DNA of 64,000 bases from positions 3,782,001 to 3,846,000 of the forward strand of contig NC_043026.1 of the NCBI RefSeq assembly GCF_006345805.1. Reading direction: 5' to 3'. Positions within the stretch are counted from its first letter, which is position 1. Each line of letters starts with the position of its first letter. Shown one piece after another: positions 51,190 through 61,389 of this stretch. Source of the DNA: Octopus sinensis. Taxonomy: Eukaryota. The notes under the pieces are model-generated. The model was not told where the DNA came from and ran no database searches. It worked only from the letters and a program-made list of their open reading frames with translations. The translations under genes and the position numbers were made by a program.

Positions 51190-51364
51190 CTATCCGTTCA
51201 GTCGAAGTCGACTCTCGGTCACTCGTTGGATCAGTGTCCTCCAGTCAGTTCTATCCTGGGCCGCTTCTTTCAGATTAGCTATGTCCATTCCGGTATCACT
51301 CTTGATAGTGCCAAGCCAGCGGGTTCTTGGTCGGCCTCTTCCTCTCTTGCCACTGACCATTCCG

Positions 51365-51396
<32 letters not shown>

Positions 51397-51954
51397 CTCA
51401 GTCGAAGTCAACTCTCGGTCACTCGTTGGATCAGTGTCCTCCAGTCAGTTCTATCCTGGGTCGCTTCTTTCAGATTAGCTATGTCCATTCCGGTATCACT
51501 CTTGATAGTGCCAAGCCAGCGGGTTCTTGGTCGGCCTCTTCCTCTCTTGCCACTGACCATTCCGTATATATAATATATATATTATATATATCCGCTCAGT
51601 CGAAGTCGACTCTCGGTCACTCGTTGGATCAGTGTCCTCCAGTCAGTTCTATCCTGGGTCGCTTCTTTCAGATTAGCTATGTCCATTCCGGTATCACTCT
51701 TGATAGTGCCAGCCAGCGGGTTCTTGGTCGGCCTCTTCCTCTCTTGCCACTGACATTCCGTATATATAATATATATATATATATATATCCGCTCAGTCGA
51801 AGTCAACTCTCGGTCACTCGGATCAGTGTCCTCCAGTCAGTTCTATCCTGGTCGCTTCTTTCAGATTAGCTATGTCCATTCCGGTATCACTCTGATAGTG
51901 CCAAGCCAGCGGGTTCTTGGTCGGCCTCTTCCTCTCTTGCCACTGACCATTCCG

Positions 51955-51993
<39 letters not shown>

Positions 51994-52357
51994 CTCAGTC
52001 GAAGTCAACTCTCGGTCACTCGTTGGATCAGTGTCCTCCAGTCAGTTCTATCCTGGGTCGCTTCTTTCAGATTAGCTATGTCCATTCCGGTATCACTCTT
52101 GATAGTGCCAAGCCAGCGGGTTCTTGGTCGGCCTCTTCCTCTCTTGCCACTGACCATTCCGTATATATAATATATATATATTATATATATATCCGCTCAG
52201 TCGAAGTCGACTCTCGGTCACTCGTTGGATCAGTGTCCTCCAGTCAGTTCTATCCTGGGCCGCTTCCATCAGACTGGCCATGTCCATTCCGGTATCACTC
52301 TTGATGGTGTCAAGCCAGCGGGTTCTTGGTCGGCCTCTTCCTCTCTTGCCACTGACC
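51190..52357 (-). repeat. Six tandem copies (~200 bp) of the BovB-like LINE 3' terminus separated by (TA)n
   Basis: TCCG(C/T)TCAGTCGAAGTC near 51193, 51393, 51591, 51788, 51990 and 52192. Confidence 0.92.
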
Positions 52358-52359
52358 TT

Positions 52360-52572
52360 TACACCTTGTCCAGCTTATTAGATCACTCTATCATAACCAA
52401 GAGGCTACAGTATGGACACCATATGGCGACACTGGTTGGTTTGAGATTGGAAAAGGCACTCGGCAAGGTTGCATCCTGTCACCAGCAGCCTTCAACATGT
52501 ACGCTGGAAAGGTCAAGAGGAATGCAGGCCTGGAGGATAGCAGCATTGGAGTGAGGATTGGAGGAAGAACAG
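52360..52572 (+). mobile_element. BovB-like reverse transcriptase fragment
   Basis: HLVQLIRSLYHNQEATVWTPYGDTGWFEIGKGTRQGCILSPAAFNMYAGKVKRNAGLEDSSIGVRIGGRT; QGCILSP motif; not on the ORF track in this frame. Confidence 0.88.
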
Positions 52573-52654
<82 letters not shown>

Positions 52655-53147
52655 TGGCTGTGTGGTAAGAAGTTTGCTTCTCAACCACATGGTTCCGGGT
52701 TCAGTCCCACTGCATGGCATCCTCAGGCTGACCAAAGCCTTGTGCGTGCATTAGGTAGATGGAAACTGAAAGAAGCCTATCGTGTATCATCATCATCATC
52801 GTTTAACGTCCGCTTTCCATGCTAGCATGGGTTGGACGATTTGACTGAGGACTGGCGAACCAGACTTCAATCTGATTTGGCCGTGTTTCTACAGCTGGAT
52901 GCCCTTCCTAACGCTAACCACTCCGAGAGTGTAGTGGGTGCTTTTTACGTGCCACTGGCAAGAGGGCCAGTTTGGTGGTACTGGCAATGGCCATGCCCAA
53001 ATGGTGCTTTTTACGTGCCACCTGCACAGGAGCGAGTCCAGTGGCACTGGTGATGACCTCACTCGAATGTTTCATGTGCCACCAGCACAAGAGCTAGTAA
53101 GTCGACGCGGTAACGATCGTTACCATGTGTGTATGTATCTATATATG

Positions 53148-53189
<42 letters not shown>

Positions 53190-53676
53190 ATATATATATA
53201 TGCACATATGGCCAGTACTACCTGACTGGCCCTCATGCCAGTGGCACGTAAAAGCACCCCAGTCATGCAAATGGTATGTAAAAGTACTCATTACACTCTC
53301 AGAGTCGTTGGTGTTAGGAAGAGCAAAACCATGTCCAATCAGATTGAAGTATGGTGTAGCCTTCCAGCATGCCGACCCAGTCAAACTGTCTAACCTATGC
53401 CAGCATGGAAAACGAATATTGATGATGATGATGGATCATAAAATATTTGTAACAATGCAAAAAAATGGCATTTCCTCTGTAAGTAAACAGTATGTAGTGT
53501 GAGCAGAAATATGTGGTAGTAAGGTCCAATAACAGGCATTGTATGGCAGTAAGGGCCAGTCACTGTCCTGGCTCCCCTATGAAGAAAATAAAAAGGAAAA
53601 GTTGAAAAATATTTTTGTACTTTCACTTTTGATTTCTTTGTTTTCTTATTTCTTTCTGTCTTTCTTTATTGTCCAG

Positions 53677-53873
53677 CACTGATATGGATCATATCGAGTC
53701 TCCGGAGAAGCTGCCAGAACTGTTCAAAGCTGTACTAGAAATCAATGTAAGCCCCAATGACAGGCCACAGACTGACAACATGCTACCGTGGGAGAATTTC
53801 AATGTTAAGTCAGTCAACCCCAAAATCCTGTTCTCTTCTGAGGAGGAGATGGAAAGGGTACAATCAGAACTTG
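53677..53873 (+). CDS. GAK: GAK exon, end of C2 domain (TDMDHIESPEKLPELFKAVLEINVSPNDRP...NPKILFSSEEEMERVQSEL)
   Basis: gtccag|C, G|gtaagt, 197 nt, phase 2-1; NPKILFSS motif. Confidence 0.95.
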
Positions 53874-53904
53874 GTAAGTTGAAGAAATGTCTCTCTGCTT
53901 TTAT

Positions 53905-54087
53905 ATGTTGTATGTACAGGCTGAGGTGGTAGGCAGCAGAACCAGAGGTAGACTTCGGTTTGTGTGGATGGATGGAATGAGGCAAGCTTTGGTTGTCAGA
54001 GGTGTTGGAGTGAGAGGGGCTAGAGAGCTTATTAATGATAGGAAAGTTTGGAGAGTGTTTGTGGATGGATGTTGCTCAAAGGAGTGA
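53905..54087 (+). mobile_element. RTE-type LINE C-terminal fragment
   Basis: EVVGSRTRGRLRFVWMDGMRQALVVRGVGVRGARELINDRKVWRVFV. Confidence 0.65.
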
Positions 54088-54089
54088 CA

Positions 54090-54935
54090 GCATATGCTGT
54101 CGGGCCCCACTGCTGATATCAGTGGTTATTGCACTCAATCCCACCCCATACCATGATGCTCTGTCCTCCACACAGCCGGTGGCATGATGTTCACCCCTTC
54201 TTCTCCAAATCCTAGCTCTGCCATGTGCCACAGAAATGCAATAACGACTTTTATCAAGAACACTACAGTCCTCCACTGCTGAGGTTTTTGAGCCCACTGC
54301 AGACATGCACGTCGATGACGATCTGGGAGGATGGGGCCCATAGTCAGACGTCAACAAGACAGAGTGAAAGATCTCAGCCAGTGGCGAACTCTCTCTGTAC
54401 AAACATGATGAGCCCCTATGGTCTGCCTAGTTGATTCTGTTGCCCTCCAGAATCAGACCTGCAAGTGCAAGGTGGCGATCTTGACATGCCATTGTGACCC
54501 TCAGTCGGCCACTGTGTGGATGATCATCCATGGTGTTTGTGGCATTGTTTTGTTCCCTCAACCACTCAATAGTTCGAATGCTGCAGTTCAAGTCATTACC
54601 AAATGACCCATGGATGTTGACCAGCATGGAGAAGTCCGATGGCTAGCTCCCTCTGATTTCATGTCAGTCTTCACATGCTTGCTGTGTTCGGGGAAACAAA
54701 TGACAGGCTGTTAAATTTGGATGCCTCTTATACCCAATGGGTCAGTGTTTTCCACGTGCATCATGCTTTTCATAAAGATGCATTCACAAGCACTACCATG
54801 TTCACAAAAAGTGACGAGTTCAAATCCTACACGCAATCCTTGTGTTTTCAAGAAATATGATAAAATTCATACAATCTCAATATTGAGTGTGAAACAAATA
54901 ATCTTTTACAGTGTGACATTTCTCTTGTTGTTCAA
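54090..54935 (-). mobile_element. Degenerate Tc1-like transposon fragment
   Basis: Frameshifted pieces SIRTIEWLREQNNATNTMDDHPHSGRLRVT, GPILPDRHRRACLQWAQ and DKSRYCISVAHGRARIWRRRGE resemble the Tc1 HTH and DDE start. Confidence 0.7.
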
Positions 54936-54939
54936 CACA

Positions 54940-55755
54940 TCATCATCATTGTTCGACCGTGGTCGAGACAATGGAATTTACTATGTTACGCCAGACTTCA
55001 CGGTCCATCATAGCATTACGGAGGTCCTGTTGCTGGATGCCTGTATCCCTGGAGATTACATCAGGGTAGGAGAGTGTGCACCCTCTGGTATCGCGAGTAG
55101 ATGGCTTCCAGAGGAGAAGAGTAGAAATTACCTCTTTTTCAGCTCTACAACAATGTCCAGCAACTGGACTCTCCTACCTTTCACAAGAGATGACACAGGT
55201 GGTAGTTTCCCATTTATTTGTACTTTGGTTGGATGGCGCTTCCACAAGAGATTTTGAGCTCTCATAAGGAGGCGAGTGTAGGTTCCATCCAACCGCCTCT
55301 CAAGCTTCTTTGATAACGTCCAGGTTTCTGAGCCATATAGTAGAATTGGTTCAACTGTGGCTTTGAAGATTTCAAGTATATTTGAACTTTGGTTGGATGA
55401 CGCTTCCACGAGAGATTTTGAGCTCTCATAAGGAGGCGAGTGTAAGGTTCCATCCAACTGCCTCTCAAGCTTCTTTGATAACGTCCAGGTTTATGAGCCA
55501 TATAGTAGAATTGGTTCGACTGTGGCTTTGAAGATTTCAAGTATATCTGAACTTTGGTTGGATGACGCTTCCACGAGAGATTTTGAGCTCTCATAAGGAG
55601 GCGAGTGTAAGGTTCCATCCAACCGCCTCTCAAGCTTCTTTGATAACGTCCAGGTTTCTGAGCCATATAGTAGAATTGGTTCGACTGTGGCTTTGAAGAT
55701 TTCAAGTATATTTGAACTTTGGTTGGATGATGCTTCCATGAGAGATTTTGAGCTC
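54940..55755 (-). mobile_element. RTE-type LINE 3' fragment with an internal ~165-bp segment repeated ~3 times
   Basis: IFKATVEPILLYGSETWTLSKKLERRLDGTYTRLL; ATTTTGAGCT at 55251, 55415, 55580 and 55745; (GAT)n tail near 54940. Confidence 0.85.
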
Positions 55756-55818
55756 ACACACACACACACACACACACAGTATATAAAATCTCTAATGCTG
55801 TTTATCTTTACTTTGCAG

Positions 55819-57216
55819 AGTCAGCAGAGAAGGCCAGTTTGAACTCCCATCAAGGCTCTTCTGAGCACATTAACGACAGCCCGAGTAGGTCCTCAGGCAA
55901 GGAGTCACCTTACATGAGTCCACAGCTGAGACAGAAGAAAATGTCGGCAGCAAACAATTCTGGCAAAGCAGTTGGCAAGAGCCAGTTCTTCGACAGCCTG
56001 AACTGGCAGCAGGGTGATGGCCATGGGAGGCAGGGTGCACCGGGTGTTGGCAGTGGGGCTGCCGTCGGTCCCGCAGCTGGCCCTGCCAGGCCACCGGGCG
56101 AGTCGGCCGAGAGTCTGCTGGATGACATTGAAAGTACAGAGGATGATGAGGACGATTTCGCTTCCCTCTCACACCAAGGTCGCGCTCGACCGACACAGAG
56201 GGCCGTGAGCCCGAACCCTTTCCAGGGAGATGCGTCTCCCCAGCATCAACCTCACCAAGAGCAGCAACAACAACATGAGCAGCAACACATATCCAACGTG
56301 GAAGAGAACAAAACCTCATCGAGTCCTGCACAGCCGCCTTTTGTGGCAAAAGAGGAAACCTGTGACCTCTTGAATTTGGGCGTCGATCTAGGGAACGAGG
56401 GCCACCGGTCAGATATTCCTGGTTCGAACATTTCTAGTCAAATGAATCTGCTGGACATAGGAAATGAAGCAGCGCCACCTATGAGCAACTTTGATCTGCT
56501 GAGCGGCGGCACCGGCTGGGCTGGCGGTGCCTCAGATCAGATACCATCAGCCCCGCCGACCTCAAACCAACAGGGTCAGAGCAACCAGCAGTCAAATATG
56601 ACCAACACCTTTGACCCCTTCCAACAGCCAGCAGCAGCGAAAGCGACGACCCCTACCTCCTACCAGCAACCTGCTGGTTCATCGCCCCACAAGAAAGCCA
56701 CCGAGAACAAGGAACCAAAAATCCAGTTTGACAACTTCGACCCATTCCAACTGTCCGGCTCGCAGCCATCTCCGTCGTCCGGGGCATCAGCGAAACCCGG
56801 CGACTTGTTCAACCTTCTGGAAGGCGACCAGAAGCCGGGCCCGACTTCAGTCCCATCGAGGGCATCGCCGACGGTCGGTTTTGATTTGATGGGCTCCTGG
56901 GATGACGGGTCTGCTGGCAACAGCAGCACTGGCATTGGGGTGGGCAACGCAGCCAACCTGAGTGGCTCGACCAACAACCTGTTCCCGGGCAACCTACCAA
57001 AAAAGAACCCGAGCTTCCCCTCCGGCCTCCACCTCTTGAACACCTCCAACTCAAACAGCACCAACGGAGGAGGACAGGGCATGGCAGGCATGTCCCTCGG
57101 TTCGAACCTGTCGCGAACCTCTTCGGCTGCTGCTTCTATGAATGCAATGGGACAAGGTCCTGCACCAGCAAAAAGCATGCAAAACATCCGGTCTCCAGAC
57201 CCGTTTGCTGATTTGG
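55819..57216 (+). CDS. GAK: GAK exon, large disordered clathrin/adaptor-binding region (DPF, NPF, DLL motifs)
   Basis: ctttgcag|AG, G|gtaagt, 1398 nt open frame, phase 1-1; ends DPFADL as in GAK/auxilin. Confidence 0.93.
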
Positions 57217-58189
57217 GTAAGTATTGTCATTTTCGTCTTTTACTCTTTTACTTGTTTCAGTCATTTGACTGTCGGCCATGCTGGAGCACCGCCTTTTAGT
57301 CGAGCAAATCGAACCCGGGACTTATTCTTTTTGTAAGCCCAGCACTTATTCTATCGGTCTCTTTTGCCGAACCGCTAAGTAACGGGGACATAAACACACC
57401 AGCATCGGTTGTCAAGCAATGCTAGAGGGACAAACACAGACACACACACACATACATACATATACATATATACGACGGGCTTCTTTCAGTTTCCGTCTAC
57501 CAAATCCACTCACAAGGCTTTGGTCGGCCCGAAGCTATAGCAGAAGACACTCGCACAAGGTGCCACGCAGTGGGACTGAACCCGGAACCATGTGGTTGGT
57601 TAGCAAGCTACTTACCACACAGCCACTCCTGCGCCTATTTTGCTGTGAGTTGCTTATAATGGTGGAGGCGCAATGGCCCAGTGATTAGGGCAGTGTACTC
57701 GCGGTCATAGGATCGCAGTTTCGATTCCCAGACCGGGCGTTGTGAGTGATTATTGAGCGAAAACCCTAAAGCTCCACGAGGCTTCAGCAGGGGATGGTGG
57801 TGATCCCTGCTGTACTCTTTCACCACAACTTTCTCTCCTCTTACTCTTACTTCTTTTCTGTTGTACCTGTATTTCAAAGGGCCGGCCTTGTCACTCTCTG
57901 TGTCACGCTGAATATCCCCGAGAACTACGTTAAGGGTACACATGCCTGTGGAGTGCTCAGCCACTTACACGTTAAATTCACGAGCAGGCTGTTCCGTTGA
58001 TTCGGATCAGCCGGAACCCTCGTCGTCGTAACCGACGGAGTGCTTCCTCCTCCTTATAATGATTTGAGATGAAGTCTGTTAGCATGGCCACAATCTTTGG
58101 GCTGAATCACACAAGCATATCATCATCATAAGTCCATCTTCCATGCTGGTATGGGTTGGACGGTTTGGCAGGAGCGGTGGCGAGCTGGC

Positions 58190-59620
58190 AGAATCGCTAG
58201 CACACCAGGCAAAATGCTTAGTGGTATTTCGTGTGCCGCTACGTTCTGAGTTCAAATTCTGCCAAGGTCGACTTTGCCTTTCATCCTTTCGGGGTCGATA
58301 AATTAAGTACCAGTTATGCACTGGGGTCGATATTATCGACTTAATCCATTTGTCTGTCCTCTATGTGTTTAGCCCCTTGTGGGTAGTAAAGAAATAGGTA
58401 TTTCGTCTGCCGTTACGTTCTGAGTTCAAATTCTGCCAAGGTCGACTTTGCCTTTCATCCTTTCGGGGTCAATAAATTAAGTACCAGTTATGCACTGGGG
58501 TCGATATTATCGACTTAATCCATTTGTCTGTCCTCTATGTGTTTAGCCCCTTGTGGGTAGTAAAGAAATAGGTATTTCGTCTGCCGCTACGTTCTGAGTT
58601 CAAATTCTGCCAAGGTCGACTTTGCCTTTCATCCTTTCGGGGTCAATAAATTAAGTACCAGTTATGCACTGGGGTCGATATTATCGACTTAATCCATTTG
58701 TCTGTCCTCTATGTGTTTAGCCCCTTGTGGTAGTAAAGAAATAGGTATTTCGTGTGCCGCTACGTTCTGAGTTCAAATTCTGCAAGTCGACTTTGCCTTT
58801 CATCCTTTTGGGGTCAATAAATTAAGTACCAGTTATGCACTGGGGTCGATATATCGACTTAATCCATTTGTCTGTCCTCTATGTGTTTAGCCCCTTGTGG
58901 GTAGTAAAGAAATAGGTATTTCGTCTGCCGTTACGTTCTGAGTTCAAATTCCGCCAAGGTCGACTTTGCCTTTCATCCTTTCGGGGTCGATAAATTAAGT
59001 ACCAGTTATGCACTGGGGTCGATATTATCGACTTAATCCATTTGTCTGTCCTCTATGTGTTTAGCCCCTTGTGGGTAGTAAAGAAATAGGTATTTCGTCT
59101 GCCGCTACGTTCTGAGTTCAAATTCCGCCGAGGTCGACTTTGCCTTTCATCCTTTCGGGGTCGATAAATTAAGTACCAGTTATGCACTGGGGTCGATATT
59201 ATCGACTTAATCCATTTGTCTGTCCTCTATGTGTTTAGCCCCTTGTGGGTAGTAAAGAAATAGGTATTTCGTCTGCCGCTACGTTCTGAGTTCAAATTCT
59301 GCCAAGGTCGACTTTGCCTTTCATCCTTTCGGGGTCAATAAATTAAGTACCAGTTATGCACTGGGGTCGATATTATCGACTTAATCCATTTGTCTGTCCT
59401 CTATGTGTTTAGCCCCTTGTGGGTAGTAAAGAAATAGGTATTTCGTCTGCCGCTACGTTCTGAGTTCAAATTCCGCCAAGGTCGACTTTGCCTTTCATCC
59501 TTTCGGGGTCGATAAATTAAGTACCAGTTATGCACTGGGGTCGATATAATCGACTTAATCCGTTTGTCTGTCCTTGTTTGTCTCCTCTATGTTTATCCCC
59601 TTGTGGGTAGTAAAGAAATA
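58190..59620 (-). repeat. SINE-like repeat array, ~174-bp unit x8
   Basis: AGCCCCTTGTGG(G)TAGTAAAGAAATAGG occurs 8 times. Confidence 0.92.
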
Positions 59621-60156
59621 GGTTTGACAGGAGCGGGCCAGGTAGAAGATTGCACCAGGCTACTGTGTCTGCTTTGGCAGGGTTTTTATAACTGGATACC
59701 CTTCCTCACACCAACCACCACCGAAAAAGTTCAAGATGCAAAAGTCAGCTGTAATCATCTCAGGAATATGGACTATGATCATAAGAAACATGAGATTTGT
59801 GGAAACGCGTGTAATGATGCATTAAAATATTTTTTTTTTGTCTTGCATGTATTTGGGGACCCTGTCAGTGTAGGTGCCGCATAAAAAGCACTAAGTCCAT
59901 TCTGCTGAGTGGTTGGTATTAGGACGGGCATCCAGCTGTAAAAATCCTGCCAAGTCAGTTAGAGGGGTCTGGTGCAGGTTTCTGCCTTGCTGGCCCCTGT
60001 CAAACTGTCCCTTGCCAGCACGGAGGGAGGACATTAAACTGTGATGATGATGATGATATATATGAGTGTATGTATGTGTTTTTATTTCCATATGTCACTC
60101 TCTCTCAATATATATATATATATGTGTGTGTGTATATATAAAATATTGTTTTACAG

Positions 60157-60282
60157 GTAACTTAACCTCAATGAAATCACCTGGAAGCACCAGTAATCTA
60201 TCTGCAACTTCACCTGCTGCGCCATCCTGGCAACAACCCAGCCCACAACAGCCTAAGACAGCATTCGGTGGGCTTTATTCAG
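60157..60282 (+). CDS. GAK: GAK exon, low-complexity region (NLTSMKSPGSTSNLSATSPAAPSWQQPSPQQPKTAFGGLYS)
   Basis: tttacag|GT, G|gtatgt, 126 nt, phase 1-1. Confidence 0.88.
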
Positions 60283-60339
60283 GTATGTACATACCCACAT
60301 GCGCACATACATTTACACATGCCAGTCGACTTATACATA

Positions 60340-61095
60340 CCTTTCCTTCTTGGGACACAAAACTCCACTTGTGAAGACTCGTTGAGGCAAGTGAAAAATC
60401 AAAGCAAATCAAAGCAAATCAAATCAGATATCAGAAAGCAGAACCAAAATCGAAGTCGATCAACATCAATGGGAATTGCGGCTGTGATACCAGTGCCCGT
60501 GACAAGTAAGCGAACCATCCGAACGTGGCCGTTGCCAGCGCCACCCCGACTGGCCTCCGTGCCGGTGGCACGTAAAAAGCACCATCCGTTCATGGCCGTT
60601 GCCAGCCTCGCCTGGCCCCTGTGCCAGTGGCACGTAAAAAGCACCATCCGTTCTTGGCCGTTGCCAGCCTTGCCTGGCCCCCGTGCTAGTGGCACGTAAA
60701 AAGCACCATCCGTTCGTGGCCGTTGCCAGCCTCGCCTGGCCCCTGTGCCAGTGGCACGTAAAAAGCACCATCCGTTCGTGGCCGTTGCCAGCCTCGCCTG
60801 GCCCCCGTGCTAGTGGCACGTAAAAAGTACCATCCGTCCGTGGCTGTTTGCCAGCTCCGTCTGGCACCTGTGCGGGTGACACGTAAAAAGCACCATCCAT
60901 TCGTGGCCGTTGCCAGCCTCGCCTGGCCCCCGTGCCAGTGGCACGTAAAAACACCATCTGTCCATGGCTGTTTGCCAACCTCGCCTGGCCCCCGTGCCAG
61001 TGGCACGTAAAAAGCACCATCCGTCCGTGGCTGTTTGCCAGCTCCGTCTGGCACCTGTGCAGGTGGCACGTAAAAAGCACTCACCACACTCACGG
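60340..61095 (+). mobile_element. RTE 3' UTR copy with internal ~60-bp tandem repeat x~9
   Basis: Matches 175-560 of the window; GTGGCACGTAAAAAGCACCATCCG is repeated. Confidence 0.8.
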
Positions 61096-61389
61096 AGTGG
61101 AACGATGATGATGTGTGCACACGCTCTCTCTCATAGTGTTAGACATAACCAGTCTGAAACAAAGGTTTTTGCACAAAATGCTTTGTGCCCTATCTTCTGG
61201 CCCTTTTCGTTCTGAGCTCAAATTCCGTCAAGGTCGTCTTTGCCTTTCATCCTTTCGGGGTTAGTAAAATAAGGTACAAGTCAGGAACAGGGGGAGGGGT
61301 CAGTGTAACCAATTGCCCACTTCCCTCAAAATTGCTGGCCTTGTGCCAAAACTGGATAGAATATGTAAAGGGTAAGGGTAAATAACCCC

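Noticed and set aside
55870-57187. Antisense ORFs (159-175 aa) overlapping the large GAK exon
   Set aside because: Expected shadow ORFs of a GC-rich coding exon, with no independent signal.
60399-61120. 144-204-aa repetitive minus-strand ORFs
   Set aside because: Products of a 60-bp tandem repeat in a LINE 3' UTR copy.
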